Assembly (NCBI RefSeq): GCF_006345805.1
Contig: NW_021832282.1
Span: forward strand, 62,001-126,000
Source of the DNA: Octopus sinensis
Taxonomy: Eukaryota
Direction: 5' to 3'
Length of the DNA: 64,000 bases
Numbering within the stretch: the stretch's first letter is position 1; each line of letters opens with the position of its first letter. The notes beneath the pieces are model-generated. The model searched no databases, had not been told where the DNA came from, and saw nothing but the letters and a program-made list of their open reading frames with translations. Both the position numbers and the translations under genes were made by a program. This document shows, piece by piece, positions 15,301 through 30,300 of this stretch.

Positions 15301-18300
15301 ATTACATGACTATATTTTAATCTACGTAGAGACCATTCAATCTGACCATTCATTAACGAACTCTCTCTATGTCTATTTACATGACTATATTTTAATCTAA
15401 GCAGAGACCATTCAATCTGACCATTCATTAACGAACTCTCTCTATGTCTATATACATGGCTATATTTTAATCTACGTAGAGACCATTCAATCTGACCATT
15501 CATTAACGAACTCTCTCTATGTCTATATACATGACTATATTTTAATCTACATAGAGACCATTCAATCTGACCATTCATTAACGAACTCTCTCTATGTCTA
15601 TATACATGACTATATTTTAATCTACGCAGAGACCATTCAATCTGACCATTCATTAACGAACTCTCTCTATGTCTATATACATGGCTATATTTTAATCTAC
15701 GTAGAGACAATTCAATCTGACCATTCATTAACGAACTCTCTCTGTCTATATACGTGACTATATTTTAATCTACGCAGAGACCATTCAATCTGACCATTCA
15801 TTAACGAACTCTCTCTATGTCTATTTACATGACTATATTTTAAGCTACGTACAGACCATTCATTAACGAACTCTCTCTATGTCTATATACATGACTATAT
15901 TTTAATCTACGTAGAGACCATTCAATCTGACCATTCATTAACGAACTCTCTCTATGTCTATATACATGACTATATTTTAATCTACGCAGAGACCATTCAA
16001 TCTGACAATTCATTAACGAACTCTCTCTATGTCTATATACATGCTATATTTTAATCTACGTAGAGACCATTCAATCTGACCATTCATTAACGAACTCTCT
16101 CTATGTCTATATACATGGCTATATTTTAATCTACGCAGAGACCATTCAATCTGACCATTCATTAACGAACTCTCTCTATGTCTATATACATGACTATATT
16201 TTAATCTACGCAGAGACCATTCAATCTGACCATTCATTAACGAACTCTCTCTATGTCTATATACATGACTATATTTTAATCTACGCAGAGACCATTCAAT
16301 CTGACCATTCATTAACGAACTCTCTCTATGTCTATATACATGACTATATTTTAATCTACGCAGAGACCATTCAATCTGACCATTCATTAACGAACTCTCT
16401 CTATGTCTCTTTACATGTCTATATTTTAATCTACGCAGAGACCATTCAATCTGACCATTCATTAACGAACTCTCTCTAGTCTCTGTTTTCATGACTATAT
16501 TTTAATCTACGCAGAGACCATTCAATCTGACCATTCATTAACGAACTCTCTCTATGTCTATATATATGACTATATTTTAATCTACGCAGAGACCATTCAA
16601 TCTGACAATCATTAACGAACTCTCTCTATGTCTATATACATGGCTATATTTTAATCTACGCAGAGACCATTCAATCTGACCATTCATTAACGAACTCTCT
16701 CTATGTCTATATACATGACTATATTTTAATCTACGTAGAGACCATTCAATCTGACCATTCATTAACGAACTCTCTCTATGTCTATATACATGGCTATATT
16801 TTAATCTACGCAGAGACCATTCAATCTGACAATTCATTAACGAACTCTCTCTATGTCTCTTTTCATGTCTATATTTTAATCTACGCAGAGACCATTCATC
16901 TAACTATTCATTAACGATCTCTCTCTATGTCTATATACATGGCTATATTTTAATCTACGTAGAGACCATTCAATCTGACCATTCATTAACGAACTCTCAC
17001 TATGTCTATATACATGGCTATATTTTAATCTACGTAGAGACCATTCAATCTGACCATTCATTAACGAACTCTTCTATATGTCTATATACATGGTATATAT
17101 TTTAATCTACGCAGAGACCATTCAATCTGACCATTCATTAACGAACCCTCACTATGTCTATATACATGGCTATATTTTAATCTACGTAGAGACCATTCAA
17201 TCTGACCATTCATTAACGAACTCTCTCTATGTCTATATACATGGCTATATTTTAATCTACGTAGAGACCATTCAATCTGACTATTCATTAACGAACTCTC
17301 TCTATGTCTATATACATGACTATATTTTAATCTACGCAGAGACCATTCAATCTGACCATTCATTAACGAACTCTCTCTATGTCTCTTTACATGACTATAT
17401 TTTAATCTACGCAGAGATCATTCAATCTTACCATTCTTTACGAACTCTCTCTATGTCTATATACATGACTATATTTTAAGCTACGCAGAGACCATTCAAT
17501 CTGACCGTTCATTAACGAACTCTCTCTATGTCTATTTACATGACTATATTTTAAGCTACGTACAGACCATTCAATCTGACCATTCATTAACGAACTCTCT
17601 CTATGTCTATTTACATGACTATATTTTAATCTACGTAGAGACCATTCAATCTGACCATTCATTAACGAACTCTCTCTATGTCTATTTACCTGACTATATT
17701 TTAATCTACGCAGAGACCATTCAATCTGACCATTCATTAACGAACTCTCTCTATGTCTATATACATGGCTATATTTTAATCTACGCAGAGACCATTCAAT
17801 CTGACCATTCATTAACGAACTCTCTCTATGTCTATACATGGCTATTTTTAATCTACGCAGAGACCATTCAATCTGACCATTCATTAACGAACTCTCTCTA
17901 TGTCTCTTTACATGTCTATATTTTAATCTACGCAGAGACATTCAATCTGACCATTCATTAACGAACTCTCTCTATGTCTCTTTACATGTCTATATTTTAA
18001 TCTACGCAGAGACCATTCAATCTGACCATTCATTAACGAACTCTCTCTACGTCACTTTACATGTCTATATTTTAATCTACGCAGAGACCATTCAATCTGA
18101 CCATTCATTAACGAACTCTCTCTATGTCTCTTTACATGGCTATATTTCAATCTACGCAGAGACCATTCAATCTGACCATTCATTAACGAACTCTCTCTAT
18201 GTCTCTTTACATGTCTATATTTTAATCTACGCAGAGACCATTCAATCTGACCATTCATTAGCGAACTCTCTCTATGTCTATATACATGGCTATATTTTAA

Positions 18301-21300
18301 TCTACGCAGAGACCATTCAATCTGACCATTCATTAACGAACTCTCTATGTCTCTTTACATGTCTATATTTTAATCTACGCAGAGACCATTCAATCTGACC
18401 ATTCATTAGCGAACTCTCTCTATGTCTATATACATGGCTATATTTTAATCTACGTACAGACCATTCAATCTGACCATTCATTAACGAACTCTCTCTATGT
18501 CTCTTTACATGGCTATATTTTAATCTACGCAGAGACCATTCAATCTGACCATTCATTAGCGAACTCTCTCTATGTCTATATACATGTCTATATCTTAATC
18601 TACGTAGAGACCATTCAATCTGACCATTCATTAGCGAAATCTCTCTATGTCTATATACATGGCTATATTTTAATCTACGCAGAGACCATTCAATCTGACC
18701 ATTCATTAGCGAAATCTCTCTATGTCTATATACATGGCTATATTTTAATCTACGCAGAGACCATTCAATCTGACCATTCATTAGCGAACTCTCTCTATGT
18801 CTATATGCATGGCTATATTTAATCTACGTAGAGACCATTCAATCTGACCCTTCAGTAACGAACTCTCTCTATGTCTATATACATTGCTATATTTTAATCT
18901 ACGCAGAAACCATTCAATCTGACCATTCCTTAGCGAAATCTCTCTATGTCTATATACATGGCTATATTTTACTCAACGTAGAGACCATTCAATCTGACCC
19001 TTCATTAACGAACTCTCTGTATGTCTATATACATGGCTATATTTTAATCTACGTAGAGACCATTCAATCTAACCATTCATTAACGAACTCTCTCTATGTC
19101 TATATACATGGCTATATTTTAATCTACGCAGAGACCATTCAATCTGACCATTCATTAACGAACTCTCTCTATGTCTATATACATGACTATATTTTAATCT
19201 ACGCAGAGACCATTCAATCTGACCATTCATTAACGAACTCTCTCTATGTCTATATACATGACTATATTTTAATCTACGCAGAGACCATTCAATCTGACCA
19301 TTCATTAACGAACTCTCTCTATGTCTATACATGATCTATATTTTAATCTACGCAGAGACCATTCAATCTGACCATTCATTAACGAACTCTCTCTATGTCT
19401 ATACATGACTATATTTTAATCTACGCAGAGACCATTCAATCTGACCATTCATTAACGAACTCTCTGTATGTCTCTTTACATGTCTATATTTTAATCTACG
19501 CAGAGACCATTCAATCTGACCATTCATTAACGAACTCTCTCTATGTCTCTTTTCACGTCTATATTTTAATCTACGCAGAGACCATTCAATCTGACCATTC
19601 ATTAACGAACTCTCTCTATGTCTATATATATGACTATATTTTAATCTACGCAGAGACCATTCAATCTGACAATTCATTAACGAACTCTCTCTATGTCTAT
19701 ATACATGGCTATATTTTAATCTACGCAGAGACCATTCAATCTGACCATTCATTAACGAACTTTCTCTATGTCTATATACATGACTATATTTTAATCTACG
19801 TAGAGACCATTCAATCTGACCATTCATTAACGAACTCTCTCTATGTCTATATACATGGCTATATTTTAATCTACGCAGAGACCATTCAATCTGACAATTC
19901 ATTAACGAACTCTCTGTATGTCTCTTTTCATGTCTATATTTTAATCTACGCAGAGACCATTCAATCTAACTATTCATTAACGATCTCTCTCTATGTCTAT
20001 ATACATGGCTATATTTGAATCTACGCAGAGACCATTCAATCTGACCATTCATTAACGAACTCTCACTATGTCTATATACATGGCTATATTTTAATCTACG
20101 TAGAGACCATTCAATCTGACCATTCATTAACGAACTCTTTCTATGTCTATATACATGGCTATATTTTAATCTACGCAGAGACCATTCAATCTGACCATTC
20201 ATTAACGAACCCTCACTATGTCTATATACATGGCTATATTTTAATCTACGTAGAGACCATTCAATCTGACCATTCATTAACGAACTCTCTCTATGTCTAT
20301 ATACATGGCTATATTTTAATCTACGTAGAGACCATTCAATCTGACTATTCATTAACGAACTCTCTCTATGTCTATATACATGACTATATTTTAATCTACG
20401 CAGAGACCATTCAATCTGACCATTCATTAACGAACTCTCTCTATGTCTCTTTACATGACTATATTTTAATCTACGCAGAGACCATTCAATCTGACCATTC
20501 ATTAACGAACTCTCTCTATGTCTATATACATGACTATATTTTAATCTACGCAGAGACCATTCAATCTGACCATTCATTAACGAACTCTCTCTATGTCTAT
20601 ATACATGGCTATATTTTAATCTACGCAGAGACCATTCAATCTGACAATCCATTAACGAACTCTCTCTATGTCTATTACATGGCTATATTTTAATCTACGC
20701 AGAGACCATTCAATCTAACTATTCATTAACGAACTCTCTCTATGTCTATATACATGGCTATATTTTAATCTACGCAGAGACCATTCAATCTGACCATTCA
20801 TTAGCGAACTCTCTCTATGTCTCTTTACATGACTATATTTTAATCTACGCAGAGACCATTCAATCTGACCATTCTTTAACGAACTCTCTCTATGTCTATA
20901 TACATGACTATATTTTAAGCTACGCAGAGACCATTCAATCTGACCATTCATTAACGAACTCTCTCTATGTCTCTTTACATGACTATATTTTAATCTACGC
21001 AGAGACCATTCAATCTGACCATTCATTAACGAACTCTCTCTATGTCTATTTACATGACTATATTTTAATCTACGTAGAGACCATTCAATCTGACCATTCA
21101 TTAACGAACTCTCTCTATGTCTATTACATGACTATATTTTAATCTACGTAGAGACCATTCAATCTGACCATTCATTAACGAACTCTCTCTATGTCTATTT
21201 ACATGACTATATTTTAATCTAAGCAGAGACCATTCAATCTGACCATTCATTAACGAACTCTCTCTATGTCTATATACATGGCTATATTTAATCTACGTAG

Positions 21301-24300
21301 AGACCATTCAATCTGACCATTCATTAACGAACCTCTCTATGTCTATTACATGTCTATATTTTAATCTACGTAGAGACCATTCAATCTGACCATTCATTAA
21401 CGAACTCTCTCTATGTCTATATACATGACTATATTTTAATCTACGCAGAGACCATTCAATCTGACCATTCATTAACGAACTCTCTAATGTCTATATACAT
21501 GGCTATATTTTAATCTACGTAGAGACCATTCAATCTGACCATTCATTAACGAACTCTCTCTGTCTATATACATGACTATATTTTAATCTACGCAGAGACC
21601 ATTCAATCTGACCATTCATTAACGAACTCTCTCTATGTCTCTATACATGACTATATTTTAATCTACGTAGAGACCATTCAATCTGACCATTCATTAACGA
21701 ACTCTCTGTATGTCTTTTCATGTCTATATTTTAATCTACGTAGAGACCATTCAATCTGACCATTCATTAACGAACTCTCTCTATGTCTATTTACATGACT
21801 ATATTTTATCTACGCAGAGACCATTCAATCTGACCATTCATTAACGAACTCTCTGTATGTCTCTTTTCATGTCTATATTTTAATCTACGTAGAGACCATT
21901 CAATCTGACCATTCATTAACGAACTCTCTGTATGTCTATTTACATGACTATATTTTAATCTAAGCAGAGACCATTCAATCTGACCATTCATTAACGAACT
22001 CTCTGTATGTCTCTTTTCATGTCTATATTTTAATCTACGTAGAGACCATTCAATCTGACCATTCATTAACGAACTCTCTGTATGTCTCTTTTCATGTCTA
22101 TATTTTAATCTACGTAGAGACCATTCAATCTGACCATTCATTAACGAACTCTCTGTATGTCTCTTTTCATGTCTATATTTTAATCTACGCAGAGAGACCA
22201 TTCAATCTGACCATTCATTAACGAACTCTCTGTATGTCTCTTTTCATGTCTATATTTTAATCTACGCAGAGACCATTCAATCTGACCATTCATTAACGAA
22301 CTCTCTCTATGTCTCTTTTCATGTCTATATTTTAATCTACGCAGAGACATTCAATCTGACCATTCATTAACGAACTCTCTGTATGTCTCTTTTCATGTCT
22401 ATATTTAATCTACGCAGAGACCATTCAATCTGACCATTCATTAACGAACTCTCTGTATGTCTCTTTCATGTCTATATTTTAATCTACGTAGAGACCATTC
22501 AATCTGACCATTCATTAACGAACTCTCTGTATGTCTCTTTTCATGTCTATATTTTAATCTACGCAGAGACCATTCAATCTGACCATTCATTAACGAACTC
22601 TCTGTATGTCTCCTTTCATGTCTATATTTTAATCTACGCAGAGACCATTCATCTGACCATTCATTAACGAACTCTCTGTATCTCTTTTCATGTCTATATT
22701 TTAATCTACGTAGAGACCATTCAATCTGACCATTCATTACGAACTCTCTGTATGTCTCTTTTCATGTCTATATTTAATCTACGCAGAGACCATTCAATCT
22801 GACCATTCATTAACGAACTCTCTGTATGTCTCTTTTCATGTCTATAATTTAATCTACGTAGAGACCATTCAATCTGACCATTCATTAACGAACTCTCTGT
22901 ATGTCTCTTTTCATGTCTATATTTTAATCTACGTAGAGACCATTCAATCTGACCATTCATTAACGAACTCTCTGTATGTCTCTTTTCATGTCTATATTTT
23001 AATCTACGCAGAGACCATTCAATCTGACCATTCACTAACGAACTCTCTGTATGTCTCTTTTCATGTCTATATTTTAATCTACGTAGAGACCATTCAATCT
23101 GACCATTCATTAACGAACTCTCTGTATGTCTCTTTTCATGTCTATATTTTAATCTACGCAGAGACCATTCATAAACGAACTCTCTGTATGTCTCTTTTCA
23201 TGTCTATATTTTAATCTACGTAGAGACCATTCAATCTGACCATTCATTAACGAACTCTCTGTATGTCTCTTTTCATGTCTATATTTTAATCTACGCAGAG
23301 ACCATTCAATCTGACCATTCATTAACGAACTCTCTGTATGTCTCTATACATGACTATATTTTAATCTAAGCAGAGACCATTCAATCTGACCATTCATTAA
23401 CGAACTCTCTGTATGTCTCTTTTCATGTCTATATTTTAATCTACGCAGAGACCATTCAATCTGACCATTCATTAACGAACTCTCTGTATGTCTCTTTTCA
23501 TGTCTATATTTTAATCTACGTAGAGACCATTCAATCTGACCATTCATTAACGAACTCTCTGTATGTCTCTTTTCATGTCTATATTTTAATCTACGCAGAG
23601 ACCATTCAATCTGACCATTCATTAACGAACTCTCTGTATGTCTCTTTTCATGTCTATATTTAATCTACGTAGAGACCATTCAATCTGACCATTCATTAAC
23701 GAACTCTCTGTATGTCTCTTTTCATGTCTATATTTTAATCTACGTAGAGACCATTCAATCTGACCATTCATTAACGAACTCTCTGTATGTCTCTTTTCAT
23801 GTCTATATTTTAATCTACGCAGAGACCATTCAATCTGACCATTCATTAACGAACTCTCTGTATGTCTCTTTTCATGTCTATATTTAATCTACGTAGAGAC
23901 CATTCATCTGACCATTCATTAACGAACTCTCTGTATGTCTCTTTTCATGTCTATATTTTAATCTACGCAGAGACCATTCATAAACGAACTCTCTGTATGT
24001 CTCTTTTCATGTCTATATTTTAATCTACGTAGAGACCATTCAATCTGACCATTCATTAACGAACTCTCTGTATGTCTCTTTTCATGTCTATATTTTAATC
24101 TACGCAGAGACCATTCAATCTGACCATTCATTAACGAACTCTCTGTATGTCTCTTTACATGTCTATATTTTAATCTACGCAGAGACCATTCAATCTGACC
24201 ATTCATTAACGAACTCTCTGTATGTCTCTTTTCATGTCTATATTTTAATCTACGCAGAGACCATTCAATCTGACCATTCATTAACGAACTCTCTGTATGT

Positions 24301-27300
24301 CTCTTTTCATGTCTATATTTAATCTACGCAGAGACCATTCAATCTGACCATTCATTAACGAACTCTCTGTATGTCTCTTTTCATGTCTATATTTTAATCT
24401 ACGCAGAGACCATTCAATCTGACCATTCATTAACGAACTCTCTGTATGTCTCTTTTCATGTCTATATTTTAATCTACGCAGAGACCATTCATCATCATTA
24501 ACGAACTCTCTGTATGTCTTTTCATGTCTATATTTTAATCTACGTAGAGACCATTCAATCTGACCATTCATTAACGAACTCTCTGTATGTCTCTTTTCAT
24601 GTCTATATTTAATCTACGCAGAGACCATTCATTAACGAACTCTCTGTATGTCTCTTTTCATGTCTATATTTTAATCTACGTAGAGACCATTCAATCTGAC
24701 CATTCATTAACGAACTCTCTGTATGTCTCTTTTCATGTCTATATTTTAATCTACGCAGAGACCATTCAATCTGACCATTCATTAACGAACTCTCTGTATG
24801 TCTCTTTTCATGTCTATATTTTAATCTACGTAGAGACCATTCAATCTGACCATTCATTAACGAACTCTCTGTATGTCTCTTTTCATGTCTATATTTTAAT
24901 CTACGTAGAGACCATTCAATCTGACCATTCATTAACGAACTCTCTGTATGTCTCTTTTCATGTCTATATTTTAATCTACGCAGAGACCATTCATACAAAA
25001 CTCTCTGTATGTCTCTTTTCATGTCTATATTTTAATCTACGTAGAGACCATTCAATCTGACCATTCATTAACGAACTCTCTGTATGTCTCTTTCATGTCT
25101 ATATTTTAATCTACGCAGAGACCATTCAATCTGACCATTCATTAACGAACTCTCTGTATGTCTCTTTTCATGTCTATATTTTAATCTACGCAGAGACCAT
25201 TCAATCTGACCATTCATTAACGAACTCTCTGTATGTCTCTTTCATGTCTATATTTAATCTACGTAGAGACCATTCAATCTGACCATTCATTAACGAACTC
25301 TCTGTATGTCTCTTTTCATGTCTATATTTTAATCTACGCAGAGACCATTCAATCTGACCATTCATTAACGAACTCTCTGTATGTCTCTTTTCATGTCTAT
25401 ATTTTAATCTACGTAGAGACCATTCATTAACGAACTCTCTGTATGTCTCTTTTCATGTCTATATTTTAATCTACGCAGAGACCATTCAATCTGACCATTC
25501 ATTAACGAACTCTCTGTATGTCTCTTTTCATGTCTATATTTTAATCTACGCAGAGACCATTCATTAACGAACTCTCTGTATGTCTCTTTTCATGTCTATA
25601 TTTTAATCTACGTAGAGACCATTCAATCTGACCATTCATTAACGAACTCTCTGTATGTCTCTTTTCATATCTATATTTTAATCTACGCAGAGACCATTCA
25701 ATCTGACCATTCATTAACGAACTCTCTGTATGTCTCTTTTCATGTCTATATTTTAATCTACGTAGAGACCATTCAATCTGACCATTCATTAACGAACTCT
25801 CTGTATGTCTCTTTTCATGTCTATATTTTAATCTACGCAGAGACCATTCATTAACGAACTCTCTGTATGTCTCTTTTCATGTCTATATTTTAATCTACGT
25901 AGAGACCATTCAATCTGACCATTCATTAACGAACTCTCTGTATGTCTCTTTTCATGTCTATATTTTAATCTACGCAGAGACCATTCAATCTGACCATTCA
26001 TTAACGAACTCTCTGTATGTCTCTTTACATGTCTATATTTTAATCTAAATAGAGACCATTCAATCTGACCATTCATTAACGAACTCTCTGTATGTCTCTT
26101 TTCATGTCTATATTTTAATCTACGCAGAGACCATTCAATCTGACCATTCATTAACGAACTCTCTGTATGTCTCTTTTCATGTCTATATTTTAATCTACGC
26201 AGAGACCATTCAATCTGACCATTCATTAACGAACTCTCTGTATGTCTTTTCATGTCTATATTTTAATCTACGCAGAGACCATTCAATCTGACCGTTCATT
26301 AACGAACTCTCTCTATGTCTATATACATGACTATATTTTAATCTACGCAGAGACCATTCAATCTGACCATTCATTAACGAACTCTCTGTATGTCTCTTTT
26401 CATGTCTATATTTTAATCTACGCAGAGACCATTCAATCTGACCATTCATTAACGAACTCTCTGTATGTCTCTTTTCATGTCTATATTTTAATCTACGTAG
26501 AGACCATTCAATCTGACCATTCATTAACGAACTCTCTGTATGTCTCTTTTCATGTCTATATTTTAATCTACGCAGAGACCATTCATTAACGAACTCTCTG
26601 TATGTCTCTTTTCATGTCTATATTTTAATCTACGTAGAGACCATTCAATCTGACCATTCATTAACGAACTCTCTGTATGTCTCTTTTCATGTCTATATTT
26701 TAATCTACGCAGAGACCATTCAATCTGACCATTCATTAACGAACTCTCTGTATGTCTCTTTACATGTCTATATTTTAATCTAAATAGAGACCATTCAATC
26801 TGACCATTCATTAACGAACTCTCTGTATGTCTCTTTTCATGTATATTTTAATCTACGCAGAGAGACCATTCAATCTGACCATTCATTAACGAACTCTCTG
26901 TATGTCTCTTTTCATGTCTATATTTTAATCTACGCAGAGACCATTCAATCTGACCATTCATTAACGAACTCTCTGTATGTCTCTTTTCATGTCTATATTT
27001 TAATCTACGCAGAGACCATTCAATCTGACCGTTCATTAACGAACTCTCTCTATGTCTATATACATGACTATATTTTAATCTACGCAGAGACCATTCAATC
27101 TGACCATTCATTAACGAACTCTCTGTATGTCTCTTTTCATGTCTATATTTTAATCTACGCAGAGACCATTCAATCTGACCATTCATTAACGAACTCTCTG
27201 TATGTCTCTTTTCATGTCTATATTTTAATCTACGTAGAGACCATTCAATCTGACCATTCATTAACGAACTCTCTCTATGTCTCTTTTCATGTCTATATTT

Positions 27301-30300
27301 TAATCTACGTAGAGACCATTCAATCTGACCATTCATTAACGAACTCTCCGTATGTCTCTTTTCATGTCTATATTTTAATCTACGCAGAGACCATTCAATC
27401 TGACCATTCATTAACGAACTTTCTGTATGTCTCTTTTCATGTCTATATTTTAATCTATGTAGAGACCATTCAATCTGACCATTCATTAACGAACTCTCTG
27501 TATGTCTCTTTTCATGTCTATATTTTAATCTACGTAGAGACCATTCAATCTGACCATTCATTAACGAACTCTCTATGTCTCTTTACATGTCTATATTTTA
27601 ATCTACGCAGAGACCATTCAATCTGACCATTCATTAACGAACTCTCTGTATGTCTCTTTACATGTCTATATTTTAATCTACGCAGAGACCATTCAATCTG
27701 ACCATTCATTAACGAACTCTCTGTATGTCTCTTTACATGTCTATATTTTAATCTACGCAGAGACCATTCAATCTGACCATTCATTAACGAACTCTCTGTA
27801 TGTCTCTTACATGTCTATATTTTAATCTACGTAGAGACCATTCAATCTGACCATTCATTAACGAACTCTCTGTATGTCTCTTTTCATGTCTATATTTTAA
27901 TCTACGCAGAGACCATTCAATCTGACCATTCACTAACGAACTCTCTGTATGTCTCTTTTCATGTCTATATTTTAATCTACGTAGAGACCATTCAATCTGA
28001 CCATTCATTAACGAACTCTCTGTATGTCTCTTTTCATGTCTATATTTTAATCTACGCAGAGACCATTCATAAACGAACTCTCTGTATGTCTCTTTTCATG
28101 TCTATATTTTAATCTACGTAGAGACCATTCAATCTGACCATTCATTAACGAACTCTCTGTATGTCTCTTTTCATGTCTATATTTTAATCTACGCAGAGAC
28201 CATTCAATCTGACCATTCATTAACGAACTCTCTCTATGTCTATATACATGACTATATTTTAATCTAAGCAGAGACCATTCAATCTGACCATTCATTAACG
28301 AACTCTCTGTATGTCTCTTTTCATGTCTATATTTTAATCTACGCAGAGACCATTCAATCTGACCATTCATTAACGAACTCTCTGTATGTCTCTTTTCACG
28401 TCTATATTTTAATCTACGTAGAGACCATTCAATCTGACCATTCATTAACGAACTCTCTGTATGTCTCTTTTCATGTCTATATTTTAATCTACGCAGAGAC
28501 CATTCAATCAGACCATTCATTAACGAACTCTCTGTACGTCTCTTTTCATGTCTATATTTGAATCTACGTAGAGACCATTCATTAACGAACTCTCTGTATG
28601 TCTCTTTTCATGTCTATATTTTAATCTACGTAGAGACCATTCAATCTGACCATTCATTAACGAACTCTCTGTATGTCTCTTTTCATGTCTATATTTTAAT
28701 CTACGCAGAGACCATTCATTAACGAACTCTCTGATGTCTCTTTTCATGTCTATATTTTAATCTACGTAGAGACCATTCAATCTGACCATCATTAACGAAC
28801 TCTCTGTATGTCTCTTTTCATATCTATATTTTAATCTACGCAGAGACATTCAATCTGACATTCACTAACGAACTCTCTGTATGTCTCTTTTCATGTCTAT
28901 ATTTTAATCTACGTAGAGACCATTCAATCTGACCATTCATAACGAACTCTCTGTATGTCTCTTTTCATGTCTATATTTTAATCTACGCAGAGACCTTCAT
29001 TAACGAACTCTCTGTATGTCTCTTTTCATGTCTATATTTTAATCTACGTAGAGACCATTCAATCTGACCATTCATTAACGAACTCTCTGTATGTCTCTTT
29101 TCATGTCTATATTTTAATCTACGCAGAGACCATTCATCTGACCATTCATTAACGAACTCTCTGTATGTCTTTACATGTCTATATTTTAATCTAAATAGAG
29201 ACCATTCAATCTGACATTCATTACGAACTCTCTGTATGTCTCTTTTATGTCTATATTTTAATCTACGCAGAGACCATTCAATCTGACCATTCATTAACGA
29301 ACTCTCTGTATGTCTCTTTTCATGTCTATATTTTAATCTACGCAGAGACCATTCAATCTGACCATTCATTAACGAACTCTCTGTATGTCTCTTTTATGTC
29401 TATATTTTAATCGCGCAGAGACCATTCAATCTGACCGTTCATTAACGAACTCTCTCTATGTCTATATACATGACTATATTTTATCTACGCAGAGACCATT
29501 CAATCTGACCATTCATTAACGAACTCTCTGTATGTCTCTTTTCATGTCTATATTTTAATCTACGCAGAGACCATTCAATCTGACCATTCATTAACTTGAA
29601 CTTCTCTGTATGTCTCATTCATGTGATATTTGCTATCTCTCTGAGACCATTCATCTTCATACTGATCCATGTCTCTAACTATCTCTTGTATTCTTATATG
29701 CACACATCCTTCACATCTGAGACCATTCATTAACGAACTCTCTGTATGTCTCTTTTCATGTCTATATTTTAATCTACGTAGAGACCATTCAATCTGACCA
29801 TTCATTAACGAACTCTCTGTATGTCTCTTTTCATGTCTATATTTTAATCTACGCAGAGACCATTCAATCTGACCATTCACTAACGAACTCTCTGTATGTC
29901 TCTTTCATGTCTATATTTTAATCTACGTAGAGACCATTCAATCTGACCATTCATTAACGACGAACTCTCTGTATGTCTCTTTTCATGTCTATATTTTAAT
30001 CTACGCAGAGACCATTCATAAACGAACTCTCTGTATGTCTCTTTTCATGTCTATATTTTAATCTACGTAGAGACCATTCAATCTGACCATTCATTAACGA
30101 ACTCTCTGTATGCTCTTTTCATGTCTATATTTTAATCTACGCAGAGACCATTCAATCTGACCATTCATTAACGAACTCTCTCTATGTCTATATACATGAC
30201 TATATTTTAATCTAAGCAGAGACCATTCAATCTGACCATTCATTAACGAACTCTCTGTATGTCTCTTTTCATGTCTATATTTTAATCTACGCAGAGACCA

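Noticed and set aside
29585-29720. Scrambled island inside the satellite
   Set aside because: Still recognisably monomer-derived with a high error density; most simply a low-quality consensus stretch. Scattered 1-nt homopolymer indels in the array point the same way.
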